DNA of 64,000 nucleotides from an uncultured delta proteobacterium. GTDB taxonomy: Bacteria > Myxococcota_A > UBA9160 > UBA6930. The notes below the pieces were generated by a model. That model was not told the DNA's origin and made no database searches. It worked only from the letters and a program-made list of their open reading frames with translations. Made by a program: the position numbers and the translations under genes. This document shows, piece by piece, positions 49,115-59,303 of the stretch. The DNA is taken from assembly GCA_963716275.1 (NCBI GenBank), contig CAVQTC010000002.1, positions 96,897-160,896 of the forward strand, in the 5' to 3' direction. How positions within the stretch are numbered: the first letter of the stretch is position 1; every line of letters begins with the position of its first letter.

Positions 49115-49940
49115 TTCGACGAGGAGTCGTGAGGGACGCGTGACTCCTTCAGAGTCTGCTGCCACGCATTGTCCTTTCTCCTGGCACCTCCCGTAGGTCG
49201 ATGAACCCGTGTCGCCGCCAGCCCTTCTTCAGCAGCCACGTGCGAGGCGGCGCAACGGTGGGAGGTCTTGGGTCGTCAATTCGCGGTCTCCGTCGCCAGC
49301 CATCGAACCACGCTGCTGAGGACGCGACATCCAGCCGCGGCGGCGGCGCCTCGCCCGTGCGCTCGTATTCGTGCTTGCGAGTGTTCAGGAGCACGTAGGC
49401 GAGCGCGTTGCGCACCTCGCGCGGCGTCCGCAACGGACTGTGGTGATAGCGGCCGTCGAGCACCCGCCCACGACGCTCGAACACGCGATTCAGCGCTCGC
49501 GCCAACCGCGCTGCCGACGCTCTTCATTCCGCTCGCAAGCGCTTTCTTGTCCTGCGCCTCCACGATCAGGTGGGCGTGGTCGCGCTGGAGGGAGTAGTGG
49601 ACGACCCGGAAGCGACCGCGCTCTCTCGCCTCGGCGAACGAGTGCTCGAGCTCGCGCACGACCCGAGGATTGCGAAGCGAGGGAAGCCCAGGTTGCAGCC
49701 GGAGCGTCACGTGGACCGGGGAGCACTTCGGGAACTTCTCGCGTCTCCGGTGTTGGACACGAGGCCGCGGACCCGGCGGGCGACCCGCTCCCTTCCGCGG
49801 TCCACCTCTTCCTGTGTGGAGGCGGTAGTCGCGGAAGCTGAGTTGCTTCGGATGACGACCCATTCGGAGTTAGAATAGGGCTATGTTCTTCCGGTGTCAA
49901 GGTACGAACCGGTGACATCGGTATCACTGCTGACCGGGAG
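49115..49940 (-). mobile_element. IS200/IS605-family (RAYT-like) element, copy 2 (transposase frameshifted); boundaries approximate
   Basis: It shares the 5' leader with copy 1 and additionally has a 27-nt hairpin insertion (CCGGTCAGCAGTGATACCGATGTCACCGG). An imperfect palindrome at 49121-49150 lies at the 3' end. Confidence 0.5.
49149..49863 (-). pseudogene. IS200/IS605-family Y1 transposase, copy 2, split by a frameshift into ORFs 49276..49863 and 49149..49505
   Basis: MGRHPKQLSFRDYRLHTGRGG...VVHYSLQRDHAHLIVEA, then ...ALAYVLLNTRKHEY.. in a second frame. About 75% identical to the 8593..9336 product. Confidence 0.75.
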
Positions 49941-50074
49941 CGTGCCCAACAACTCAGGCGGCAGGGCTGGGGGGCACCGAATCCGACTGGCGCAATCACC
50001 TCAGGGGACGGGACATTCCCCTTCAGGGCCGTCTTGGTTTATCCCGGCGGCGAGCGCGCGGCGTGGCCGGAGCT

Positions 50075-52018
50075 TCACTCCGGCAGTGCGAAGGCCATCA
50101 GCGCGTCGCTCGGCGGTGTCCCCAACAAGCCGTGGCCGCCGGCGGCGATCACCACGAACTGGCGGCCGTCAGGGCGCAGGCGGTAGGTCATCGGCGTGGC
50201 GTGCGCGGCAGTCGGCAGCCGCTGGCGCCAGAGCTCTGCGCCGGTCTCGCTCGCGAACGCGCGCAGGTAGAAGTCCGTCGTCGCCCCGATGAAGACGAGG
50301 CCGCTGTCGGTGGCGAGTGGACCCCCGAGATTCGGCGTTCCGGTCTTGAGCCAGAGCGGCCAGGGCGCCAGGTCGCGCGTGGTGCCGAGCACCACCTCCC
50401 AGCGCTTCTCGCCGGTCTCGGTGTCGATCGCCGCGAGCGTTCCCCAGGGCGGCGGGTTGCACGGCGCGCCGAAGGGCGAGAGCAGCGAGTCGCGCTCGAG
50501 CGCGTAGGGCGTCCCCTCCTGCGGCTCGAAGCCGTAGGCGGGGGGGCCGTCCGGGTACTTCTTCGCGACGTCCTCGCGCCTCACCAGGCGGATGCGCGTG
50601 GCGATGCGCTGGACGTTTACGATGGCGAGGTCGCGGCGCGGGTCCACGGCGAGGCTGCCCCAGTTCATGCCGCCGATCATGCCCGGGTACTGCACGCTGC
50701 CCTCGAGGCTCGGCGGCGTGTAGATGCCGTCGCTGCGCAGCGCCTCCAGGTCGTGCTTGCAGGCGATCTCGTCGAACGGCGTGAAGCCGAAGGCCTCGTC
50801 GGGCGTGAGCGTGAGCGGGTGCAGCGGCGCTGGCTTCGACGGGAAGGGCTGCGTGGCGGAGAGCGTCTCGCCGGGCACGACACCCGCTTGGGGGGCGGGC
50901 TTCTCCTCTACGGGGAAGAGCGGGGCGCCCGTCTCGCGGTTCAGGAAGAACAGCATGCCGAGCTTGGTCGGAACGATCAGAGCGGGGACCCGGCCGCTCG
51001 GCCCGGCGAAGTCGAACAGCACGGGCTGGGAGGCGACGTCGTAGTCCCAGATGTCGTGGTGCACGGTCTGGAAGCTCCACACGACGTGTCCGTCGTCCGC
51101 GGAGAGCGCGACCACCGAGCTCGAGAAGTGGTCCAGGCCGTGGCGTTGCCCGCCGAAGTAGTCCGGCGAGGTGTTCCCGGTCGGCACGAAGACGAGGCCG
51201 CGCGCTTCGTCGGCCGAGAGCGCGCTCCAGGAGTTGGTAGTGCCGCGCCGGTACTGGACGCCCTCGCCCGGCGCGCCGGGCTGGTCCGGCAGCACGGGAT
51301 CCCACGCCCAGGCCAGCGCGCCGCTGCGCACGTCGTAGGCGCGCACCACGCCGCCGGGCGAGTCGGCGCGGCGGTCGTCGAGCACCATGGTGCCGGTCAC
51401 GATGCGGTCGCGCACGATCGCCGGCGGCGTGGTCACGCCGTACTCGCCGACGTCGATGTCGCCGATGCCGGCGCGCAGGTCGACGGTGCCGCCGCTGCCG
51501 AAGTCCTTGCAGGGGCGGCCCGTGGCGGCATCGAGCTCGATCAGGCGCGCGTCGAGGGTCGGGAGCACGATGCGGCGGCGGCAGACCGCGTCGTGCGCCG
51601 CCGCGGCGTCGGTCCAGGCGGAGACGCCGCGGCAGTTGATCAGGTAGAAGTTCGTGGCGTCCACGCCCGGGTCGTAGCGCCAGCGCTCGCGCCCGGTCTC
51701 GGGGTCGAGGGCGAACACGCGGTCGAGCGGCGTGCAGTAGACCAGCGAGTCGCCGACGATGATCGGCGTCGCCTGGAACGAGCTCTTGCCGAGGCTCTTG
51801 GTGCCGTCCAGCACGTCGCCCGAGCGGTGGATCCAGGCGAGCTCGAGCTGGTCCACGTTCTCGGGAGTGATCTGGGTGAGCCGCGAGAAGCGCGAGCCTC
51901 CGGCGTCGCCGCCGTAGGTCGACCAGGCGGCGATGGGGCCGCTGAGATCGAGCGGCGCCCTCGAGCAGGCGAGCGCGAGCGAGAGCGAAAGTCCGAGAAC
52001 GGCGAGCGCGCGAGGCAT
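50075..52018 (-). CDS. PQQ-dependent dehydrogenase (quinoprotein glucose/alcohol dehydrogenase family)
   Basis: An intact 647-aa ORF with a signal peptide, eight-bladed beta-propeller W-motifs (LELAWI, ALAWAWD, VVWSFQTVHHDIWDYD) and a PQQ-binding pattern. Confidence 0.9.
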   Translation of the reverse strand: MPRALAVLGLSLSLALACSRAPLDLSGPIAAWSTYGGDAGGSRFSRLTQITPENVDQLELAWIHRSGDVLDGTKSLGKSSFQATPIIVGDSLVYCTPLDRVFALDPETGRERWRYDPGVDATNFYLINCRGVSAWTDAAAAHDAVCRRRIVLPTLDARLIELDAATGRPCKDFGSGGTVDLRAGIGDIDVGEYGVTTPPAIVRDRIVTGTMVLDDRRADSPGGVVRAYDVRSGALAWAWDPVLPDQPGAPGEGVQYRRGTTNSWSALSADEARGLVFVPTGNTSPDYFGGQRHGLDHFSSSVVALSADDGHVVWSFQTVHHDIWDYDVASQPVLFDFAGPSGRVPALIVPTKLGMLFFLNRETGAPLFPVEEKPAPQAGVVPGETLSATQPFPSKPAPLHPLTLTPDEAFGFTPFDEIACKHDLEALRSDGIYTPPSLEGSVQYPGMIGGMNWGSLAVDPRRDLAIVNVQRIATRIRLVRREDVAKKYPDGPPAYGFEPQEGTPYALERDSLLSPFGAPCNPPPWGTLAAIDTETGEKRWEVVLGTTRDLAPWPLWLKTGTPNLGGPLATDSGLVFIGATTDFYLRAFASETGAELWRQRLPTAAHATPMTYRLRPDGRQFVVIAAGGHGLLGTPPSDALMAFALPE

Positions 52019-52066
52019 GACCCCCCCGAGAAGGCGCGCATTCTAGGGGACGCTCAGGCGAGGGCC

Positions 52067-53152
52067 TCAGGCAAACGAGATGACCTGGCGCGCGACTTTG
52101 CCCGCCTTCATGTCGTCGAAGGCGCGGTTGACCTCCTCCAGCTTGATGTGGCCGGAGATCATCTCGTCGAGCTTCAAGCGGCCGTCGAGGTAGAAGTCGA
52201 CGTAGCGCGGCATGTCGATGCGGAAGCGGTTGCCGCCCATCATGGAGCCGAGAATGCGCTTGCCCTGGAGCACGATGTCGAGGCCGGCGAAGGAGACGTC
52301 CACGCCCGCGGGCACGACGCCCACCATCACGGCGGTTCCGCCCTTGCGCACCATCATCACGGCCTGCCGGCAGGTGCCGGGGGTCCCGATGCACTCGAAG
52401 GCGTAGTCGACGCCGCGCGGCGCAAGCGCCTGGAGCTGCTGCACGGGATCCCCCTTCGAGGCGTCGATGCCATCGGTCGCGCCGAGCTTCTGGGCGAGCT
52501 CGAGCTTCCAGGGGACCGTGTCCACGGCCACGATGCGCGAGGCGCCGCCGATGCGCGCGCCTTGGATGGCGGCGAGGCCGACGCCGCCGCAGCCGATCAC
52601 GGCGCAGGTATCGCCGGGGCGGATCTTCGCGGTGTTGAGCGCCGCGCCCACGCCCGTGGTGACGCCGCAGCCGATCAGCGCGGCGCGGTCGAGCGGCATC
52701 TCGGGATTGATCTTCACCAAGGCCGTCTCGGGCACGAGCATCTCCTCGGCAAAGGCCGAGAGATGCGCCATCTGGTGGATGGTCTCGCTGCCTTTGCGCA
52801 GCCGGGGCGCGGCGTCGCGCGGCCGCATCGTCGCGGCGCCGCCGCACAGATTCGGCTCGCCGCGCAGGCAATAGTCGCAGTTGCCGCAGAAGGCCGAGAG
52901 GCAGCCGATCACGTGGTCGCCCGGCTTCACGTGCGTCACGTCGCGCCCCACCGCGAGGACGATGCCCGCCGGCTCGTGGCCGAGCACCGAGGGCGGCGGC
53001 ACGGGCAGCGCGCCTTCCACGCAGTGGAGGTCGCTGTGGCACACGCCGCACGCGACCGTTCGCACGCGCACCTCGCGCGGCTGGGGGTCGTCGATCTGGA
53101 TCTCCTCGATCGAGAGCGGCTGGTGGTAGGCGCGCAGAACGGCGGCTCGCAT
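52067..53152 (-). CDS. zinc-dependent alcohol dehydrogenase
   Basis: [17 protein letters not shown], a structural-Zn CxxCxxC (CGNCDYC) and GCGGVGLAA. Confidence 0.9.
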   Translation of the reverse strand: MRAAVLRAYHQPLSIEEIQIDDPQPREVRVRTVACGVCHSDLHCVEGALPVPPPSVLGHEPAGIVLAVGRDVTHVKPGDHVIGCLSAFCGNCDYCLRGEPNLCGGAATMRPRDAAPRLRKGSETIHQMAHLSAFAEEMLVPETALVKINPEMPLDRAALIGCGVTTGVGAALNTAKIRPGDTCAVIGCGGVGLAAIQGARIGGASRIVAVDTVPWKLELAQKLGATDGIDASKGDPVQQLQALAPRGVDYAFECIGTPGTCRQAVMMVRKGGTAVMVGVVPAGVDVSFAGLDIVLQGKRILGSMMGGNRFRIDMPRYVDFYLDGRLKLDEMISGHIKLEEVNRAFDDMKAGKVARQVISFA

Positions 53153-53183
53153 GGCGTCTCCTTCGTCGGCGGGCGACGCTAGC

Positions 53184-53255
53184 GCGCGGGCGAGGCGGCT
53201 CGCTCACGCGCGAGCGAGGCCGCTCGCTCCACGCGCGAGCGAGGCCGCTCGCTCC
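53184..53255. promoter_or_regulatory. three tandem copies of an about 24-bp palindromic unit (ACGCGCGAGCGAGGCCGCTCGCTC) in the divergent ADH/GST promoter region
   Basis: Seen directly: each unit contains the GAGCGAG..CTCGCTC hairpin; the first copy is degenerate. Confidence 0.5.
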
Positions 53256-53293
53256 CGCGGTAGGCTTTGCGGCCGCCCACAAGGAGAGCAGTC

Positions 53294-53875
53294 GTGATCA
53301 AGCTCTATGGAATCTCCCAGTCGCGCGCGAGCCGCTGTCTCTGGATGCTCGAGGAGCTCGGCGTCCCCTACGAGCAGATCCCGATCGGCTTCGGTGACCT
53401 GCGCAAGCCCGACTATCTGAAGATCAACCCGAATGGCCGGCTCCCCGCTCTCGAGGACGACGGGCTCGTGCTGTTCGAATCGCTCGCGATCAACCTCCAC
53501 CTGGCGCGCAAGTACGACAAGGGGCTCTGGCCGAAGTCGGCGGACGACCAGTCGCGCGCCGTCCAGTGGACGCTCTGGGTCGTGAACGAGCTCGAGCCCC
53601 ACGTGATCGCGGTCTTCCTGAACACCGTGGCCTTCCCCGAGCCGCAGCGAGACGCCAGCAAGGTCAAGGCGGCGAAGGAAGCGTTGGTGCGGCCGTTGCC
53701 CGTGCTGAATGCGGCCCTCGCGGGCCGGGAGACGCTGCTCGGCGGGCCGTTCTCCGTCGCCGACCTCAATGTCGCGTGCGTGGCCGCGATGGGCGCCCGC
53801 TTCGGAGCGTTCGACGCCGCCGCGTACCCGAACGTGAAGACGTGGCTGGATCGCTGCAACGCGCGGCCGGCCTAG
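53294..53875 (+). CDS. glutathione S-transferase
   Basis: AAGGAGA RBS, GTG at 53294, then MIKLYGISQSRASRCLWMLEELGVPYE... with GST N- and C-terminal domains. Confidence 0.85.
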   Translation: MIKLYGISQSRASRCLWMLEELGVPYEQIPIGFGDLRKPDYLKINPNGRLPALEDDGLVLFESLAINLHLARKYDKGLWPKSADDQSRAVQWTLWVVNELEPHVIAVFLNTVAFPEPQRDASKVKAAKEALVRPLPVLNAALAGRETLLGGPFSVADLNVACVAAMGARFGAFDAAAYPNVKTWLDRCNARPA

Positions 53876-54530
53876 CAGCGCGCGAACGCGAAGCGAGGCT
53901 GACCGCGGCCGCGATCACTCCGGCGCGCCGCAGGGCGATCCAGGCCGCGAGCGCTGCCTCCTTCTCGTCGGCGCGCCAGGGCCGGCCGACGGTCTCGCCG
54001 AACGACTTCAGCTGCCTCGCGACCTCGTCGGGCTCGCGCCCGAGCGAGCGCGCGGCCTCGGGGGCGAGCTCGCGCTGCAAGTGGGTCGCGCACGGGACGC
54101 GGGCGCCCCGCGCAGCGAGCTCGAGCACCTCGCGGAAGAGCCTCCCCTCGCTCGCGTGCGCGCGCATGTGCGGGCTCGCGATGGACGCCGGATCGACCAG
54201 GCTCGAGACGACCAGGCCGATGCGGCCGAGCGGTGCGTCCCCGGCCGCGAGCTCGTCCCGCAGCTCGTGGAACGCACGCTCGGCGACGGCATGGGCCACC
54301 TCGATGCCGCGCTTCATGGCCGCCTCGCCGCGCGCGCCGGGGCGCTCGAGCGCCTGGTGATACGGCTGCCCGGAGCCGGGCACTTTCGGATCCCAGAGCC
54401 GCACCTCGCGGCGCCAGAGAATCTGCGGCGTGCTCGGCTCGCCGCGCAGCGCCACGGCGATCGCTCGCCCGGTCTTCACGCGGAAGCCGATGACGGTCTC
54501 GGAGGGTCTCTTGGTCATGCGACTCACCAC
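53872..54530 (-). CDS. hypothetical protein, translationally coupled downstream of the LanC-like gene; C-terminus uncertain (frameshift near 53900)
   Basis: MTKRPSETVIGFRVKTGRAIAVALRG...RIGLVVSSLVDPASIASPHMRAHASEGRLFREVLELAARGARVPCATHL... No family was recognised. I prefer the stop at 53872-53874, because the other frame would overlap the GST gene by 110 nt. Confidence 0.4.
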
Positions 54531-55779
54531 GCCGTGAGCGTCGGGAATCCTCCCTCGCCGCGCACGCAGTCCGCCAGATAGAGCGCGAGGCCGAGGTCCC
54601 CGGTCCAGAGCGTGAAGCGCAGCCTACCCACGCGCTCTCGCTCGCGCGCCGACTGCGCGAGGGCATGCATCGCGAAGGCGCGCGCGCGCTCGAGCCAGCG
54701 CACGTCGCCCGTGCGGCGATGGAGCTCGAGGAAGGCGTAGCCGTTGCCCGCGGTCCCGTGGCAGAGGCCCGCGCCCTTCGCGAGCGGTCCCGCCCGCCAC
54801 GTGAGCTCGCCGCCCGCGAGGAGCAGACCCTCCAGCTCCGGATCCGCGGCGATCGGGAAGTCGCGCAGCGCACAGATCACGCCCGGGGCACCGTGGCAGA
54901 TCTGCACGAGCGGTGCGGCGCGACCGGGCCGGTGCTCCACGACGCTCTGGGGCCAGTTCGCGAGGCCGTCGGTGTGGACGGCCGTGGCAACGACGGTGCG
55001 GGCGCTCTCCCGGAGCAGCTCGGTCTGCTGGGCCGGTGCGAGCCACGCGCGGCCCCGCAGCAGCGGCGCGAGGTTCCCCGCCGCGCCGTGCACGGCGCCC
55101 AACAGGTACGCCGTCGACCCGAACAGCGCTTGTCGCCAGAGTCGGCAGCCCACATCGGGCAGCTCGCGCCAGCGCTCGAGCAGAGGAGCGGCGCCCTCTC
55201 GGAACGCCGTGGCCCAGCGCGCCTCGCCCGTCAGGTCGTGCATCGCGAGCGCTAGCAGCCAACGTTCCCGGCGCGCCCCACATGAGCTCGTCTTCGGGCG
55301 CGGCGTGGTTGGCGCCGATGCAAGGCGAAGAGGCGGTCCGCGATCTCTGGACCAGGCGCGAGGCGAAACGCGGCGAACAGGAGTCCGCTCTCACCCAACA
55401 AGAGACTCGGGCGCCGATGCGCGAGGTCCGGCGCGCGAGGCGCAGAGGAGACCAGCTCGCGTGCGAGCGCCTCCCAATCCGATTTTCGACGGACGAAGTC
55501 GCGCCGCTCGAGCGCCTCGAGCGCGAGCAGCACACCCGCGGCGCCGAAGTACAGCGAGCTCATGCGCTCCGGAGTGGTGTCCTCGAAGTCGCGCGGGTGG
55601 CTCGGCCAGTAGCGCTCGGGGACGAACGCGCGCTCGGTCTCGACCGCAATTGCGTCGATGCCGTCGCGCGCGAGAGCCTCGTCCCAGCCCTCGCCGCACA
55701 GCGCTTCGTGGCGCGCGGGTTCGAACAGCACCCGCGCGATCCTATCACGCGCCCGATTTGACTCCGGCCCCGTCGCCAA
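54524..55779 (-). CDS. LanC-like (lanthionine synthetase C-like) protein, with a frameshift near 55250
   Basis: CHGAPG, CHGTAGNGYAFLEL, WTGDLG and other alpha-toroid LanC motifs. The N-terminal half is in ORF 55252..55779. Confidence 0.7.
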
Positions 55780-55796
55780 CCCACAATGCCCCGGAC

Positions 55797-57095
55797 ATGG
55801 CGGCGTCTCCCGCGGTCGCGGGCGAGAAGAGCTACGAGTTCGGCCCGCGCTACGCGAGCTACGGCCTCACGCTGATCGTCGTGGTGGCGACGATCAACAT
55901 CGTCGACCGCTCGATCGTGAGCATGCTGCTCCAGCCGATCGCCGAGGAGCTGAAGCTCGCGGACTGGCAGCTCGGCTTCTTCACGGGCACCGCGTTCTCG
56001 GGCGCCTACGCCATCTCGCAGCTCGCGATCGCCGAGCTCGCCGATCGCCGCCGGCGCAGCCGCATCATCGCGATCGCGCTCGCCTTCTGGAGCGCGATGA
56101 CGGCGCTCCAGGGCGCCGCCCACAGCTTTCTCACGCTCGCGCTGGCGCGCATCGCGGTGGGCGTGGGGGAGGCCGGCAGCGGGCCGGCCTCGAACTCGAT
56201 GCTCGCGGATTCGTTTCCGCTCTCGCGCCGCGGCCGCGCGCTCGCCGCCTACGCCTTCTGCGTCCCGATCGGCGCCTCGCTCGGCTGGCTCATCGGCGGC
56301 TGGGTCCGCGAGCTGCTGGGTTGGCGCGCGGCCTTCTTCGTGGTCGGCGTGCCCGGCCTCGCGCTCGCGCTCCTGGTCTCCGCCACGCTGCGCGAGCCGA
56401 CCCGCGGCTACTGGGACACCGCCCGGCCGGGCGGCCGCCCGGCGACGTTGGGAGAGACGCTGCGCTTCATGCTGGCGCTGCCGACCTTCCGACAGCTGCT
56501 GCTCGCCTACGGCATCCAGGTGATCGCGATCAACTCGGGCCTCTTCCTGCCGGTCTTCTTCGAGCGCAGCCACGGCTTCTCGCCCGGTATGTTCGGCACC
56601 GCCTTCGCGGCGTTCTCGCTCGTCTCGGGAGTCGCGGGCTCCTACCTGGGCGGCTGGCTCGGCGATCGCTTCGGCGCCGGCGACCCGCGCTGGTACATGC
56701 GCATCCCGGTGATCAGCAACCTGGTCGCCATTCCGATCTACGCGGCGTTCTTTCTCGCCGGTAGCGGCTGGGTCGCGCTCGGCATCTTCGCGCTGGTGAG
56801 CCTCCTGCCCGGACCGATCGGCCTCTCGCTCGCCACCACCCAGAACCTCGCGCCGCCTTCCATGCGCGCTCGGGCCGCCGCGCTGATCCTCGTGTTCTCG
56901 ACCTTCGTGGGCGGCTTCGGGCCCCAGCTCGTGGGAATCCTCTCCGACGCGCTGAAGCCGAGCCAGGGCATCGAATCGCTGCGCTACGCGCTCATGATCA
57001 CGGTGATCAGCGCGATCCTGTGGGCCTCGCTTCACTATCTGCTCGGGTCGCGCACGCTGGCGCGCGACCTGCGCGCCAAGGAGCACGTCGCATGA
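55797..57095 (+). CDS. MFS transporter
   Basis: An intact ORF with 12 TM helices and an MFS motif around GRRGRALAAY. Confidence 0.85.
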   Translation: MAASPAVAGEKSYEFGPRYASYGLTLIVVVATINIVDRSIVSMLLQPIAEELKLADWQLGFFTGTAFSGAYAISQLAIAELADRRRRSRIIAIALAFWSAMTALQGAAHSFLTLALARIAVGVGEAGSGPASNSMLADSFPLSRRGRALAAYAFCVPIGASLGWLIGGWVRELLGWRAAFFVVGVPGLALALLVSATLREPTRGYWDTARPGGRPATLGETLRFMLALPTFRQLLLAYGIQVIAINSGLFLPVFFERSHGFSPGMFGTAFAAFSLVSGVAGSYLGGWLGDRFGAGDPRWYMRIPVISNLVAIPIYAAFFLAGSGWVALGIFALVSLLPGPIGLSLATTQNLAPPSMRARAAALILVFSTFVGGFGPQLVGILSDALKPSQGIESLRYALMITVISAILWASLHYLLGSRTLARDLRAKEHVA

Positions 57096-58105
57096 CCGAC
57101 CATGACATCTGGCTCGCGCAAGGTCAGGAAGCGATCCTCGAGCCCGAGCTCGAGATCTGCGACGCGCACCACCACCTGTGGGACCGCGCGCAGCACGGCA
57201 GCCGCTACCTGCTGGACGAGCTGCTCGCCGACACGGGCAGCGGCCACAACGTCACGAGCACCGTCTTCCTCGAGTGCATGGCGATGTACCGCGCCGATGG
57301 AGCGCCGGAGCTGCGCCCGATCGGCGAGACCGAGTTCGTCCAGGGCGTGGCCGCGATGAGCGCGAGCGGCGGCTACGGACCGATCCGCGCGTGCGCGGCG
57401 ATCGTGAGCTTCGCGGACCTCGCGCTGGGCGATGCGGTCGGCGCCGTTCTCGACGCCCACATGGCAGCGAGCCCCAACCGGTTCCGCGGCATCCGCCACG
57501 CCAACGCGCTCGATCCGAGCCCGGCGATCCGGCGCTCCCACACGAACCCGCCGCCGGGCCTGCTCGCCGACTCGAAGTTCCGGCAGGGCTTCGCCCAGCT
57601 CGTGCGGCGCGGGCTCAGCTTCGACGCCTGGCTCTACCACCACCAGATCCCCGAGCTCAGCGAGCTCGCGCGCGCCTTCCCCGACGCGACGATCGTGCTC
57701 GACCACTTCGGCGGACCGCTCGGCATCGGTCCTTATCAGGGGCGCGCCGACGAGGTCTACGCGGACTGGAGAGGCAACATCGCCGAGCTCGCGCGCTGCC
57801 CGAACGTGGTGGTGAAGCTGGGCGGCCTCGCGATGCCCGTCAACGGCTTCGACTGGCACAAGCGCCCGCGCCCGCCGAGCTCGCAGGAGCTCGCCGACGC
57901 GACGCGGCGCTACTACGCCACGACGATCGATCTCTTCGGCCCGCAGCGCTGCCTGTTCGAGAGCAACTTCCCGGTGGACAAGGCGAGCGTCTCGTACGCC
58001 GTGCTGTGGAACTCCTTCAAGCGCCTCGCCGCTGGCTTCTCGGCGGCCGAGAAGCGCGCGCTCTTCCGCGACACGGCGCGGCGCGTCTACCGGATCGACG
58101 CATGA
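57092..58105 (+). CDS. amidohydrolase-2 family protein (PF04909-like)
   Basis: ATGA overlap with the MFS stop. CDAHHHLWD...IVLDHFGGP...LFESNFPVD. Confidence 0.85.
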   Translation: MTDHDIWLAQGQEAILEPELEICDAHHHLWDRAQHGSRYLLDELLADTGSGHNVTSTVFLECMAMYRADGAPELRPIGETEFVQGVAAMSASGGYGPIRACAAIVSFADLALGDAVGAVLDAHMAASPNRFRGIRHANALDPSPAIRRSHTNPPPGLLADSKFRQGFAQLVRRGLSFDAWLYHHQIPELSELARAFPDATIVLDHFGGPLGIGPYQGRADEVYADWRGNIAELARCPNVVVKLGGLAMPVNGFDWHKRPRPPSSQELADATRRYYATTIDLFGPQRCLFESNFPVDKASVSYAVLWNSFKRLAAGFSAAEKRALFRDTARRVYRIDA

Positions 58106-58124
58106 ACGCAACGGAGGTGCTGCG

Positions 58125-58433
58125 ATGAGCCTGCTCGGCGAAAAGTGTGTGCGTTGCCAGAGGCGGACGCACAAGACCTATCAGGGAAAGCCCACCTGCG
58201 AGCCGTGCCAGGAGCAGCTCGAGCTGGCGCTGCAAGCTGGGCGGGAGTCGAAGCGCAGCTGCCCGGGGGACGGGGCGATGCTCACCAAGGACATCGCGCA
58301 CGGCATCATCATCGACCGCTGTCCGACTTGTCAGGGCGTTTGGCTCGACAAGGGCGAGCTCGAGCGGCTCTCGGGCGAGGTGGCCTACGAGGCCTGCGCG
58401 GCGATGGTCTACGGGATGCGGCCACCGGGCTAG
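58125..58433 (+). CDS. zinc-ribbon domain protein (two CxxC pairs, zf-TFIIB-like)
   Basis: CVRCQ...CEPCQ and CPGDG...CPTCQGVWLDKGELE. Confidence 0.7.
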   Translation: MSLLGEKCVRCQRRTHKTYQGKPTCEPCQEQLELALQAGRESKRSCPGDGAMLTKDIAHGIIIDRCPTCQGVWLDKGELERLSGEVAYEACAAMVYGMRPPG

Positions 58434-58443
58434 GACGAGCGGC

Positions 58444-59274
58444 TCAGGTCGGGTCGTGCTCGCGCAGGAAGGCGCGCACGAGCGCGTCGAAGCGCTCCTG
58501 CTCCTCGACCTGGGGATTGTGCGCGCTCTGCTCCAGCACGACGTGGCGGGCCTTCGGCGCGTCCGCGATGCGCGACCAGGTCTCCTGCGGGCACAGGTAG
58601 TCGTAGCGGCCGCTGATCGCGAGGAGCGGCACGCGCAGCGCGCGGAGATCGGCGTGCCAGGCGGGCAGGGCGGTGCCGATCCACGGGAAGTACTCGGAGC
58701 CGCCGGGATAGCTGCCCCAGGACGGCCAGGCGAGCTCCGGATCGCGCCAAGCCAGCGGCGCCATCGCGAGGTAGCCGCGCAGGATGCCCTCGGGCGCGCT
58801 GATTGGTTGCCCTGGAGCTTCGCGAGCGCCGCCATCCGTTCCGCAAGGTCCGCCTTCTGCGCGGCGCTCGCCTCCGCCTCCCAGCGCTTCCGGCCGAGCT
58901 CGAAGGCGCCGCGTCCGTCGCCGACGCTCGCCACGCTGATCGCGCCGGCGCAGCTCTCGGGGTGGCGCAGGCCGTGCTCGACGGCGATGCAGCCGTGGTT
59001 CGACTGGCCCATCACGAAGACGCGCCCGAGGCCGAGCGCGCGGCGCACGGCCTCGACGTCGTCGGCGAGGCTCGCGAAGGTCGCGCCCTGGATGGTGCCG
59101 AGGGAGGCGCCGGCGCCGCGCATCTCGATGAAGAAGAAGTGGTGCTGCGCGCGGAGCAGGCGCGAGAACGTGCGCCGGTAGAACTCGACCCCGCCGCCGG
59201 TCGGCACCAGGATCGGGATGCCCTCGCCGTCCTGCTCCACCCAGAGGCGCGCGCCCTCGACGTCTGACGTACAT
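58444..59274 (-). CDS. alpha/beta hydrolase, with frameshifts near 58810 and near the start
   Basis: VEQDGEGIPILVPTGGG...FVMGQSNHGCIAV (nucleophile elbow) in ORF 58017..59240. C-terminal ...RYDYLCPQE...LEQSAHNPQVEE in ORF 58444... Confidence 0.7.
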   Translation of the reverse strand: MYVRRRGRAPLGGAGRRGHPDPGADRRRGRVLPAHVLAPAPRAAPLLLHRDARRRRLPRHHPGRDLREPRRRRRGRAPRARPRARLRDGPVEPRLHRRRARPAPPRELRRRDQRGERRRRTRRLRARPEALGGGGERRAEGGPCGTDGGAREAPGQPISAPEGILRGYLAMAPLAWRDPELAWPSWGSYPGGSEYFPWIGTALPAWHADLRALRVPLLAISGRYDYLCPQETWSRIADAPKARHVVLEQSAHNPQVEEQERFDALVRAFLREHDPT

Positions 59275-59303
59275 GGGAGATGCCCCCTCGTGTGTGGGTC
59301 GGC

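Noticed and set aside
50001-50028. Hairpin AGGGGA-CGGGACAT-TCCCCT downstream of the PQQ dehydrogenase as a terminator
   Set aside because: It is only a 6-bp stem with no following U-run. It is also inside the conserved leader of IS200 copy 2, so it probably belongs to that element.
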